64,000 bases of DNA from Camelus ferus (Eukaryota). A model generated the notes under the pieces. The model did no database searches and was not told the origin of the DNA. It saw only the letters and a list, made by a program, of their open reading frames with translations. This document shows positions 50,976 through 63,289 of the stretch, piece by piece. The translations under genes were made by a program, and so were the position numbers. The stretch covers positions 30,320,001-30,384,000 of the forward strand of contig NC_045697.1 of NCBI RefSeq assembly GCF_009834535.1, read 5' to 3'. The number at the start of each line of letters is the position of its first letter. Position 1 is the first letter of the stretch.

Positions 50976-51326
50976 GTAAGAACATAGTTCTTTTAGAATA
51001 AAAATACATGCAGAATTTGGGATTAATAAAAACAAATTGTAGACAGACTCAGAATTTTTAAATTGACATGTTTTTTATTTTTGCAGATTTATCTGGGAGT
51101 TACTAGTATGTACTAGGTAACTTAAAAAGGTTATAAGTTATGAGAAAATTTGCTATTGAATTTATTCTTATTGTTTAGATTTAATTTAGAAAACCTTCTC
51201 AAGTGCTTTATATTTTTCCTGAAGAACCTTATGCTTTGTTGTTAGATTCTCATATAGTTGTAGTTATTTGGATTTAAATATGAGTATAATAAAGTCATTG
51301 AAATTGTCATTTATTGGTGTACACAG

Positions 51327-51409
51327 ATCTTTGGAAGTTTGGGGAAGCCCTGAAGCTCTTGCCAGAGAGAAAAAACTTCGTAAGGAAGCAGAAATAGAAT
51401 ATAGAGAAA
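51327..51409 (+). CDS. SLC30A9: SLC30A9 exon 6 (83 nt): SLEVWGSPEALAREKKLRKEAEIEYRE(R)
   Basis: Acceptor acacag and donor gtaagt. Phase 2/1. Confidence 0.96.
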
Positions 51410-51769
51410 GTAAGTTTTCTTAATTTAAAGCTGATTGGTTGCCTACCTTTTGACTTTGGCATTGTTCGTTCTAGCAAGTACCAGTTTTCATTTTGGGATT
51501 CAATTATTTTATAAAAAACAGTATCTATTTGTTTCCTCCTCTATAGCTTTTTAAAGATCATGAGATCAAGTGAAGCTAATTTGTGGCTCCTATAAGCATA
51601 TGAATATTGAAACTTAGTCTGACTGAAGATTATACCTGTTCTTAAATTAAATCCTAGTTAAGGGGTCTTGGCCTCTTAGGAGAAGGAAACACTTGTTGAA
51701 ATCTTTATATTCACAGATATGCTAAAGAGAGCTGCACTTAAATTCCATAGGAATGAAATGTTTACTTTC

Positions 51770-53392
51770 TTTTTTTTAATTTATTTTTTATTGAGGTAAC
51801 ATTGGTTTATAACTTTATATGCTTCATGTGTACATTATAGTTCTACTTTTGTTTACCCTACAGCATGCTTACCACCAAATATTTAATTTCTGTCTGTTAC
51901 CATACAGTTGATCCATTGTACACATTCACCCTCCTCCCTGTCCCTTCCCCTCTAGTAACCATTACTCTGTTCTCTGTATCTACGTGTCTGGTTTGGTCTG
52001 GCCTGAATTGTTTGTTTATTTAATTTTTTGTTTGTTTGTTTTCTGTATTCCACATATGAGTGAATTCATACGGTATTTGTCTTTTTCCATCTGATTTGTC
52101 TCACTTAGCAGATGGCAAGATTTCATCTTTTTTTTTTTTTATTGTTGATTAGTATTCCATTGAATAGAAATACCACATCTTCTTTATTCATGTATTCCCA
52201 CTGTTCTTGGGTGCTTAGATTGTTTCTGTATCTTAGCTATTGTAAATAATACTGCAATGAACATAGGGATGCATGTATTTTTTTTAATTAGTGTTTTCAT
52301 ATTCTTTGGAGAAATGCCCAGAAATGAGATAGCTGAATCATATGATAGTTATGTTCTTAATTTTTTGAGGAGTCTCCATACTGTTTTCCATAGTGGCTGC
52401 ACCAACTTGCATTCCCATCTGTAGTGCATGACGGTTCCCTTTTCTCCACATCCTCATCAACAGTTGTTTTTTTCTTGCCTTTTTTGGCAGCAGCCATTCT
52501 GACAGGTGTGAGGTGATATCTCATTTTGGTTTTGATTTGTATTTCCTTAATAATTAGTGATGTTGAACATCTTTTCATATACCTGTTGATCATCTGTGTA
52601 CAAAAAATGCCTGTTCAGCTACTCTGTCCACTTTTTGATTGGGTTGTTTTATTGTTGTTATGTGAGTGCTTTATGTGTTTTGGGTATTGACCTCTTATTA
52701 GATATTTAATTTGTAAATATCTTTTCCCATTCAGTAGATTGTTTTTTCATTTTATTGATCGTTTCCTTTGCTGTGCAGGAGATTTTTCGTTTGATACATA
52801 CAGTCCCATTTGTTTACTTTTGCTTTTGTTTCCCTTGTCTGAGGAGACATGTCTAGAAAGCTGTTGTGAAGACTGATGTCAAAGAGTGTACTGCCTATGT
52901 TTTCTTTTAGGAGTTCTGTGGTTTCAGGTCTTACATTCCAGTCTTTAATCTATTTTGAGTTGATTTTTGTGTATGATGTGAGATCATGGTCTAGTTTCTT
53001 TCTTTCTTCTTTCTTTCTTTCTTTTTTGCCTATAGCTGTCCAATTTTCCCAATACCATTATTTGAAGAGACTGTTCTTTCTCTATTATGTGTTCTTTGCT
53101 CCTTTGTCATAAATTAATTGTCCATAAATGCTTGGGTTTATTTCTGGGCTTTAAATTCTGTTCCATTGATCTATATATCTGTTTTCCTGCCAATACCATG
53201 CTGTTTAGATTACTATGGCTTTGTAATGTTTGAAATTAGGGAGTGTGCTACCTCCAGCTTTATTCTTTTTTTCTCAGTATTGCTTTGGCTAATTGGGGTC
53301 TTTTGTGGTTTCATGTAAATTTTAGAATTTTTTTGTTCTATTTCTGTGAAAAATATCCTTGGGGTTTGATAGAGCTGCATTGACTCTCTAGC
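51770..53392 (-). mobile_element. 5'-truncated L1 (~1.6 kb) with 16-bp TSD
   Basis: ORF2-like minus ORFs ([30 protein letters not shown]). TSD tgaaatgtttactttc at 51754-51769 and 53393-53408. TTTC/AA endonuclease-type site. Confidence 0.95.
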
Positions 53393-55214
53393 TGAAATGT
53401 TTACTTTCAATGAAAGAAATATATACTGGGGTCAGGTAGCCCCAGAATTCTGGTATCACTATTCAGTTAATGGCTTCCACTGGGTTTCTATATAGGTAAT
53501 ACAGATGCTGATACAGGATATGATTAAATGTTATGCTAGTAGGGCATAATCCATTGGGGAATTACATACTCATAGTACAGTTATAGTTCTGTTACTCTGG
53601 GGAGCTGAACAGTCATGTGGCAGCATTAAAGCAGAGATAGAGGTCTAGTATCTGCAAAAAATACACTTATTTTTCTTTGTCAGTTGGGCTTTATTTAGGA
53701 GGATTTTGAATTCTTTATATTTCTAAGTTCTGCACAGGACCAAGGCTTAAAGGTGACAATATTTCCTTCTTCTAATGAATTGGTAAAATTTCTAAGTGGG
53801 AATTGTGAGACACGGCTGTGGTCAGTAGCCCACTAAGATAAGAGGTAGAGAGAATTTCTTGAGAGTATGGGTGTCAGGTATCAAGAGGGAGATCAAGGAG
53901 AAAGGGAAGAACATTGAGAAAGTACATGCAAGAAAGGAAAGGACGAAGCAGGCAAGGTTGTGGTGCTCAAATTATTCCAGTGTTGGCTGGTGGAAACATC
54001 TCAAAATGGCTCTTAAGTCCTTTTGTCATAATCCGGGTACTGTAGTAGCATCTTTGCTTTTAGGTACAATAAGATGTTTCAGGTTCATCTTGTCTGTTTC
54101 CTCCCCTAGATTGGAAATCAGCCATTTCTAAAAGGAACTCCTTTTCCTTTTAATAGGAAATGAAATTGAGAGACCTGTGGGCATTAGAGGTTCTCATTTT
54201 TAATAGGTTGCTAAATTTTTAAGGTCTTTTCAGTGGACAGAGCTAGGAAATATTTATTGTTTCTTAAGAGAAAATATATTGGTTATTCTGATAAACTTAC
54301 AGGGTTTTTTTTTGTCTTTGTATTTGTTTTTTTCTTTTTGTATCTCACATGGAAAACCTTATTTCTTAATTCATTAACATAATTGTACTTTGGTTTGTTC
54401 ATATATATACGCACACATAGAGAGAATTCAGTGTAGTTTCAGAATAACAGTATCAGTATTATTGCTATCAGGGTGATTTAAGATTTCTTTGTTTTTCTTT
54501 TTGTCTTTAATATTTATTCCACTAGAGGTTTATAGTCAAATGTCTGTTTTAAAGTCACTTGTGATTTCTCTCTGTATGAATAAACCAGCTAATATATAAA
54601 GTTAGGTTCATTTGTTTCATTTTGCTTTTGATTTTTAGAAGTTTGATTTGTTTTTGTTTTATAATTTTGTAAAACATTTATGTGATTCCAAAGTCACAGG
54701 CAGAATACTTCAGAGTTTAGCTTCCATCCTTGTCTCTCCACTCTGTTCCCTCCCCCTAGCATAGGTAACTGTTTAAAAAATTAGTTTGGGGGTTATTTTT
54801 TCCATTTTAAAAGTATAATAAAATATCATACATGTTGCTAATTAACATCCCCTTCCTGGTTTTGGTTTTTTTTTTTACTTGATAATATGTTCTGGGAGCC
54901 TTCCATAGCAGGAAATAGAGCCATTTCATTTCTTTTATAATACTCCATTTTGAGGGGTACACTATATTATCATTCCCCCAAAGGTTATTTCGAGTCTTTT
55001 GCTGTTGAAATAATGGTACCATGACTAGCCTTGTACTTACATTAAATGAAATATTTAACATACAAAATTTGAGAAATCAATCATAAAATAATATTTTTCC
55101 TGTATTTTTAAACATTGAGCTAAAAATGAAGAATTGGTTCTTATTTCAAGCTTAAATAACTCATTTTCTAGTTAATATTGAGAAAGGTGTCTTAGCAAAC
55201 TGCCTTTATCTCAT

Positions 55215-56030
55215 TGTAAAATACAACATAAAATTTATTGTTTTAACTGTTTTTAAGTGTACAGTTCAGAAGTGTTAAGTATATTCACATTGTTATGAAA
55301 CATCTCCAGAAATTTTTTCTAGAACTTTTTTGCCTTACAAGACTGAAATTATGCATGTTAAACAATTTGCTTTTCCCCCTCCCCCTAGCCCCTAGTAATT
55401 ACTAGGAGTCACAGAGTATTTGTCCTTTTGACTAAGTTATTTCACTTAGCATAATGTCCTCAAGATTCATCCATGTGCGAGGATTTCCCTCTTTTTAAAG
55501 TCTGAATAATACTCCATTATATGTATTTACCACATTTTCTTTATCCGTTCGTTCATCCATGGGCATTTTGGTTGCTTTCACTTCTAGGCTATTGTGAATA
55601 GTGCTGCTATGAATTTGGGTGTGAAAATATCTTTTTGAGACCCAGCTTTTTTTTTTTTTTTTTTTTTTTGATATATATCCAGAAGTGAGATTGCTGAATC
55701 ACGGTAGTTTTTAATTTTTTTGAGGAACCTCCATATTGTTTTCCATGGCAGTTGCAGTATTTTATAATCCCACCAACATACTTAGGATTTCTAGTTTCTC
55801 TATATCCTTGGCTACATGTTTTTTTTTTTCTGGGTGGTTTTTTGTTTTTTGGGTTTTTTTTTGATAGTAGCCATTCTGATGTGTGTTAGGTGATACTTCA
55901 CTGTGGTTTTGATTTGCATTTCCCTGATACTTAGTGATATGAACATCTTTTCATATATTTCTTGGCCATTTGTATATCATCTTTGAACAATAGTCTGTTC
56001 AAGTCCTTTGCGTATTCTTTAATCAGGTTG
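55215..56030 (-). mobile_element. Older L1 (L1MA/MB-like) 3' portion
   Basis: Motifs ttttaagtgtacagttcag...ttcacttagcataatgtcctcaagattcatccatg...gtggttttgatttgcatttccctgat. Confidence 0.88.
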
Positions 56031-56178
56031 CAAATTCAGATTTCTTTTAATCTGATATTTTTGCTGGTAGCTAGTAGAAGACTATTTAGCATAGTTTTAG
56101 AATAATTGTGTTCATCTAAAATGTGACTGATAAGAGTAGGTATAATCTAAATGAATGATGTAATTCTTTTTCTTACAG

Positions 56179-56237
56179 GGCTATTTAGAAACCAAAAAAT
56201 ATTGAGAGAATATAGAGACTTTCTGGGAAATACGAAG
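56179..56237 (+). CDS. SLC30A9: SLC30A9 exon 7 (59 nt): (R)LFRNQKILREYRDFLGNTK
   Basis: Acceptor ttacag and donor gtaagg. Phase 1/0. Confidence 0.96.
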
Positions 56238-59200
56238 GTAAGGGTATCTTTTTGATAATGTCATGTGTATATGTATTGCACAGCAAAATTCTAATATCAG
56301 TCCATTATGAAAGTCTAGCATGTCTGTGATCCTATTCCATGATTTTCTTAAGTAGATTGTAATTTACTGAATTAATCTATTTGCTTCTATCTGCTTTCCT
56401 TGAAATTAAAAAAATTGGGACATAAGTTCTCTTTGATACTTCTATAAACCATAAGTATATAGATATAGATGATTTATTTCTTAGGTTTTTAGCAAGATTT
56501 AACTCTCTCATATACACTCTTAATTTCCTTTATTCTTTTTCCTTCTACTCTTAACCCTGGTTAAACATTCAAACTGCTAATTCTCTGAAGAAGCTCAGCC
56601 TTTAGGGGAGAAAACTGCACAGCCATTTTGCTTTTTATTTTTATAATGAGTATACAAAATCAGTGGACATTCAATATTTGGCAGTCTTAATAAACTTCCA
56701 TAATACATTCACTTCTCCCATCCTGTGAGATACTTATTGCTTATTGCATACCTTTTTCTCTCTTCCCATACTTCCTATAAACTCACTCTTCCCTCTTCAG
56801 CTGGCGACCTCGTTTCATATTTTATTGAAAATACAGATCTAATCTAATAAAAATACCTTATCTTTCTATCACCAAATTTACTACGTTATCTACAAGTGTG
56901 CCAGAATACTGTTTTCCTTCCTACCAAAGGAAAGTAATATTGGGACCAGTATAGAAAATTTGCCTTTACTATCCCACTTCTTATTCTTTCCCATATCCTC
57001 TCCATTTGGGCTTTCATTCCCACCACTACATTGAAATGGCTTTTACCAAAGCCACCAACCACCTCCACAAGATGTCCAGAGTCAACTTTGCATTTAAATT
57101 AGCTATAAGATGTCTCCTATCAAGAACTGAATGCCATATCTGGAGAAAAGGCTAGCTGTGCAAATTGTCTCTTCTTCTAAGTTAAATTTGAGTCATTGCT
57201 TCCTTCTTGCAAAATGTAGAAATTAGCAATGATGATAACTGTAGTCCTATTTTATTCGATATGCTTTTCTTTCCCATTCATCATATTCAAAACTCTTAAC
57301 TTCCATTTCCCCTTTGAGCCCTATGTTTCTGGCACCCAAGTGCTGCCCTGGACTCTCTGTGTGTCTTGTGAGCCAGCATTTTCACTTCTGTGCCTTGACA
57401 GCGCACTGCCACTGCCTCTTGCTATGAAATAATTGAGGCATGACACCTGCCTCCTGTGAAGATTTATTGCTAGCCTTATAACTCCATGTGAACGTGAAAG
57501 ATGATCCTCACCAGGTTTTGGAGTAGTAGCTGTTGACTTCTGAAATCTGTGTCACTTAGAGGCCTTTTGAAGATTAGTACTCATCAGCCTTTAAATGTTA
57601 CAGGTTTTGAGTAAGATTTCTTTCTTTTATACTCTTTTTTTTTTTTTTTTTTTTTGGTAGTAATAGGATAGACTTTAATATTTAAAATCCTACTGTTCCT
57701 GTATTCCTGTTAGGAACACTCACTTTCCCACTACAGATGGTTGCTTTCCTTCTCTAAAACGTATGGGACTAGTTCTGTTGGCTGAAATAAAAATACCTTC
57801 TTTACTTTTACTTCTTTTTTTTTCTTTCTGACCCAGATACTTTTTTTCCTGTTACATTTTTCTTTGCCTTGTTGGAACTCCAATAGTGAAATATATGAAC
57901 TCACTATGTTCTGGGTTTGCCAGAAGCATTCTCTCATCAGAACAATGTCTAATTGATATCTTATTTCTCATTGTCCCTTTAATACATTTCCCCTTTAATA
58001 TGTTTCTACTTTCTTGTGCTTTCCCTTACTATCCTAATTGTGTGAATTTTGGGGGATAGTCATTCAGAGCATCAGAAGTACCTTCATCTCCAGTGGGAAT
58101 GATATTGTCACCTTGAAATGACCAGTAATACGTTGAGTATTTTCTGCTAATTTTCCTGGTAGTCCTTTCTGAAATCTATCCACATTTTCTGGGTTTTCTC
58201 CCCAATATTTAAAAAACTTATTTGTTGTGAGAATTTCCAAACATATACAAAACTAGAAAAAATAAATATTTGATATACCTTTCATCTAATTTCAGTAATG
58301 GTCATTTTGGCCATTCTGATCCTTAAAGAGCAGTTCTCCAGTTGCATTTATTGTGGAATTTGTGGGTGGCTTTGCTTTTCCAGATTTTCCTTCTCTTGCT
58401 GCTAGATTTCCTTGGTCCTTGTCACTATTTCACCTTTTCTGCGGCCTTTATCAGAGCAATTTGAGTTCAGTGAACCTCTTTTTCCTTATTATAACATTCT
58501 ATTCTGGTTTAAAGATCTCATTTCCCTTCCCTATCTGTCTTATTTATTCCATAAGTTTTCAAAACTTTCTTCTAAAGAAATCTTTCTCATCTTCCACCTT
58601 AAGCAGCATGTTTTCATTTATTTGTATTCATTTTCTACTGTTCCTGTAATAATTTCATTGAGTTTTTTCCTCTGCTCAAAGGATACGGCATAGTCTCTTT
58701 GTAATAAAACACATACACACTGTTTTTTTGTTTATCAGTAAACAGCAGGACTCAGGAATCTGGAGCCTTGGTCAGTGTTTATAGTTTATAAATCTAACAC
58801 TAAAGCTTGCAGCTCCCTCTTCTCTGCTGTCCACAGGGAACTTAGGAGGTGCTCTTTAAATCCTGGCCTGCAGACTTGAATGCAAAACACTTAAAATGAG
58901 GAAAAAAAAAAAAAGAAGGAGAAGAAGAAGAGAAAAGAAATGCATTTTGCGTCCCTAATGCCCGAAACAGAATCCCAGCTCAGCTTTCTTAGCAATACCA
59001 GGCCAACATGCATCTGTTGAATTCAAGTTTAAGCTGCAGTAGCCTGCCCTACAGGACCTGCACCTTTGATGAGAACTATTTCTACCCATTCAAGGTCATG
59101 GTAGCCTGCCAGGAGATAAAACTGCCATTAGCTGTGGTGTCATATTAAGAACAAACTCTTACATGGCTTGGCCCCATTAACCTAAAATTTCACTCTGTTT

Positions 59201-59599
59201 TCCTTAGCTGTTTCTCAGAGTTGCAAGCCAGTGCATTAGATCTTAAGGACTCTTCTTATTTAGATTACCCCATAAGTTGTAGCCAGCTCTACCCCTCTTG
59301 CGTAGATACACAGTCATGGAAGAACAGAAGGGAACGTGTACCAAATCTCAGAGTAAAAAGGGGAGCTAAGCATGCCCAGCATTGTCTCCCCAATTTACCA
59401 GTTTAGCTACCTCACCAAATTTAGTCAGCCTCTGGGGGTGCCATTGGAGATGGGGGGAGGGTTATGCGCAAGAAGCTGAAAGTATCAGGGGGGAAGTTCC
59501 TTTTTCATGGAAATCAGAGAAGTAAGGATGAGTGTTCAAGTGCCCACCACCAGTAGCAAGTATTCCTTTTCCTTGGAACGCATTATTCTGTAGAAGCCC

Positions 59600-60510
59600 A
59601 AGACAGTCTTTCTCCGGTTTTCTTCTTCATTAATTCTGCCTCCTCCTCTGTCTCCTTTGCAGAAGACCCTGCTTTTTGATCTAACCTTTAAATGTTAGAG
59701 ATTCACTATAGGCCCTTTTATATTTAAATCTATTAGCAAGTCTCACTGGAATTTTCTCCAAAATAGGCACCAAGTATGACTGCTTCTCACCATGTCCCTT
59801 ATTGAAACTTTAGTCTAAACCAGCACCATCTTTTACCCTTCTAATTAATCTCTCTTACCTTTACTTTTTCCTCCATGATTTATTTTCTACATCATAAACT
59901 GTATCTTTTAAGAACATAAATTAGACTATGTCAAGCATCTGTTTAAAATCATCCAGTGGCTTTCTTTCTTTTTTTTTTTTTTTTTTTTTTTTTTTTGGCC
60001 ATTAGACTAAGATTCGCACTCCTTACCATGGTCTACAAAGTCCAGTTGGGATACGGTCCCTGTCTCTTCCTCTGGCCTCAGCTCCTACCATTTTCCCTAC
60101 TGTCTGTACATTTGCCACATCAGCTTTACTTTTGTCCTTTCTACACACCAAACTTATTTCTATTCCTGAATCTTTGAATGTGCTGCATACTCCACCTGAA
60201 ACATTCTTCTTCCAGATTTTTTCATGGTTGCCTCCTTCTCATCACTGAGCTGCTTTTCCTAACTATTCTAGTTAAAATAACCCTGTCCACCACACACCTT
60301 CCCGCATACAATATTCTCTCGCTTCTCTATTTTAGTTTCTTTATTATATTTATAACTACCTGATATTACAGATTTGTTCCTATCTTCCTACATTAGGCAG
60401 TGAGATCTATGAAGGCAGGGACTCTGTTTTGTTTACTGTCGTGCCGCAGCATCTAGAACTGTGCCAGGCATATAGTAGTTTCACAGTAAATACTTCTTGA
60501 CTAAATGCAT
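59600..60510 (+). mobile_element. L2 3' remnant
   Basis: Motifs gaaggcagggactctgttttgtttactg...ctagaactgtgccaggcatatagtag...cagtaaatac. Confidence 0.7.
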
Positions 60511-61257
60511 AAGGCAGAATATATGAGATGCTTTAAATAGAAAAGTAAAGTGCAATAGTAAACCTGTAGCAGAGTGAGTATTTATTCTCTGTGGGGGACC
60601 AAGGAAGGCTTTACATAGAAAAGTGACTTTGGCCAGATACAGAAGAAGATGAATAAAACTTAGACAGGTTGCAATAGAAGATGATAGCATTCCAGGGAGA
60701 GGAAAGAGCAGAAGAAATACAGACAGTATAAATTCAAGAAATAGCAAAAGAACATTTAACTCAAGAAAAATATTTTCTGAATATGTTTCTCTACTTGTTT
60801 GATTTCCTTTTGTTTTGGTCTGTTTTGTTATCACTTGAGGTCTTTGGTCTATAGAGAGCAGTCATGAGTTATAAACTTGTTGGTTTTGGCTGTTCCTTGT
60901 TTAAAAGTTAAAATGTTGCTCAAGAAATGGGAAAATTTTTGAGTATATTGATTTCATTTCAGTACATTTTTATCACTTTATTTCTGGTTTTTATATACCC
61001 AGCTCATTTTTTTAATGGAAGTAAACAGGAAATTAATTACAAGGAAATAAATAATTAGGGTTCTGGAAAAGGACACAGATGAACTTTCAATTTCCATCTT
61101 TCTACATTTTAAAGAGGAAACTCTAGAGGAAAAAAAGGAAACCTAGTTGTTTAGAGGCATTGATAAAGGAGATATTTTCTGGTGTGTCAGTCACTTATAA
61201 GCATCATAATATTCCTCTAGGGAAATGTTGAAGAATTTTTGTTTTTGTTTTTTATAG

Positions 61258-61325
61258 CCACGTTCTAGAACGACATCAGTTTTTTTTAAGGGGCCTGGAA
61301 AAGTAGTGATGGTTGCCATTTGCAT
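61258..61325 (+). CDS. SLC30A9: SLC30A9 exon 8 (68 nt): PRSRTTSVFFKGPGKVVMVAIC(I), start of the first CDF transmembrane helix
   Basis: Acceptor ttatag and donor gtaagt. Phase 0/2. The gene continues beyond the window. Confidence 0.95.
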
Positions 61326-61804
61326 GTAAGTACTGAAAAATAAACCTTTTAAAATAGAAATACATTATTTTTAATGTGTGTATCCTTGAATGTATAAATT
61401 TATTACTTGGTATCTAGTTAAAAAATTGGAATTTATATTGTTTTAGGAAGAAGTTGAATAAATCTTTGTTAGTATAAGTATTGAGTATTATAAAAGTTGA
61501 ATAAGTATTATTAGTAAAGTGATGGGGAAGAGTCCACATAGATAACCATGCTCGGGCCATGGGTCCCACATTTTTATGTGGTTAAGATCTAAGAATAGTT
61601 GCTATCTGAAAAACTATCTTTTATTTCTATTAGTGTTTATAGAAGTCTTTCTTAAAAAGTTGAATTGGCCAAGGTTATTTTTTAGAGTGACTAAACCAAC
61701 TTGCATTATAACAACTGAAGAGTATTTGCACTCTTATCTTTCTCCCACTTACCTTGGTAGAACATAATTGATGCCTTTGCCTCTTTCTTTTTCCTTCTGT
61801 CTTC

Positions 61805-62280
61805 TTTTTTTAAAATTGAAGTACGGTTGGTTTACAATGTTGTGTTAATTTCTGGTGTACAGCATAGTAATTCATTTATATATTTATATATGTATTTCTT
61901 TTCATATTCTTTTTCATTATAGGCTATTACAAGATATTGAATATAGTGCTCTGTGCTGTACAGTAGGACCTTGTATATCTGTTTTATATATAGTAATTAG
62001 CATCTGCAAATCCCAATTTTTCTCTCCCTTCCCCCCTCCCCTCCCCATAACCATGTTTATTTTCTATGTCTCTTTCCTCTGTCATCTTCTTTTTTTTTGT
62101 ATATATATATTTTTTTTTTAATTGAAATATAGTCAGTTTACAATGTTGTGTCAATCTCTGGTGTACAGCAAAATACTTGAGTCATATGTGAACGTACATA
62201 TTTGTTTTCATACTCTTTTTCACCATAAGTTACTACAAGGTATCAAATATAGTTCCCTGTGCTATAGAGCATGAACTTGT
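61805..62280 (-). mobile_element. Two tandem 5'-truncated L1 3' tails
   Basis: Two copies of aattgaa.ta..gt..gtttacaatgttgtgt.aat.tctggtgtacagca, at ~61814 and ~62120. Confidence 0.88.
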
Positions 62281-62530
62281 TTTGGGGGGGGGTTGGGTTT
62301 TTTTTTTTTATATACATATATATTTATTGAAGTATTCTTCTGTCTTCTTAATTCCTATTGTTTTGCTTACCTTTTATCTATTTTACTGAGTAATCTGTTT
62401 TAGGATGTTTAAGAGCATTAATTCCCTAATACATTAGTTTGTTCTTTTATTTCTAAAATATATATATTACATGTGTCAGGAATTTTGATAGAGTCTGGAA
62501 ATACAAAGGTATAATACATAATTCTTCTTT

Positions 62531-63242
62531 TAACTTTATGTATTTATTTTACAATATCATTTTTAAAATTTATTTTACAGTATATTTTAAAATCATATTT
62601 TTAAACAATATTGTATGTTACAGGTATACAGTACAGTGAGTCACAATTTTTAAAGATTATACTCCATTTATAGTTATTATAAAACATTGGATATTCCCCA
62701 TGCTGTACAATCCATCCTTGTAGCTTATTTTATACCTGGTAGTTTGTACCTCTTAATCCTCCACCTCCATCTTGCCCCTCCGTCTTCCCTCTCCCCACTG
62801 GTAACCACTAGTTCCTTCTCTACATCTGTGAGTCTGTTTCTGTTCTGTTATATTCACTAATTGTCGTATTGTTTTAGATTCCACATGTAAGTGATACCTT
62901 ACAGTATTTGTCTTTCTCTGTCTGATTTATTTCACTTAGCATAATGCCCTCTAAGTCCATCCATGCTGTATACCAGAAACTAATACAACATTTTAAATCA
63001 ACTGTACTTCAGTTAAAAAGCAAATAAACAACCCATTTAAAATATGGGCAGAAGAACTGAATAGACATTTTTCCACAAGAGGAAATGCAGATGGCCAACA
63101 GGAAAATGAAAAGCTGCTTAACATCACCAAAATCAGGGCAATGCAAATCAAAATCACAATGAGACACCATCTCACACCTGTCAGAATGGCCATCATCAAA
63201 AAGAACACAAATAACAAATGTTGGCAAGGATATGGAGAAAAG
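62531..63242. mobile_element. Rearranged L1: minus 3' end joined to a plus ORF2 segment
   Basis: Minus L1 3' UTR to ~62968, a plus tail fragment at ~62963-63020, and a plus ORF2 piece at ~63021-63242. Confidence 0.85.
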
Positions 63243-63289
63243 ATACAATACATACTTTTATCTTCAAGGATTGGAGGGGCACTAGACTA

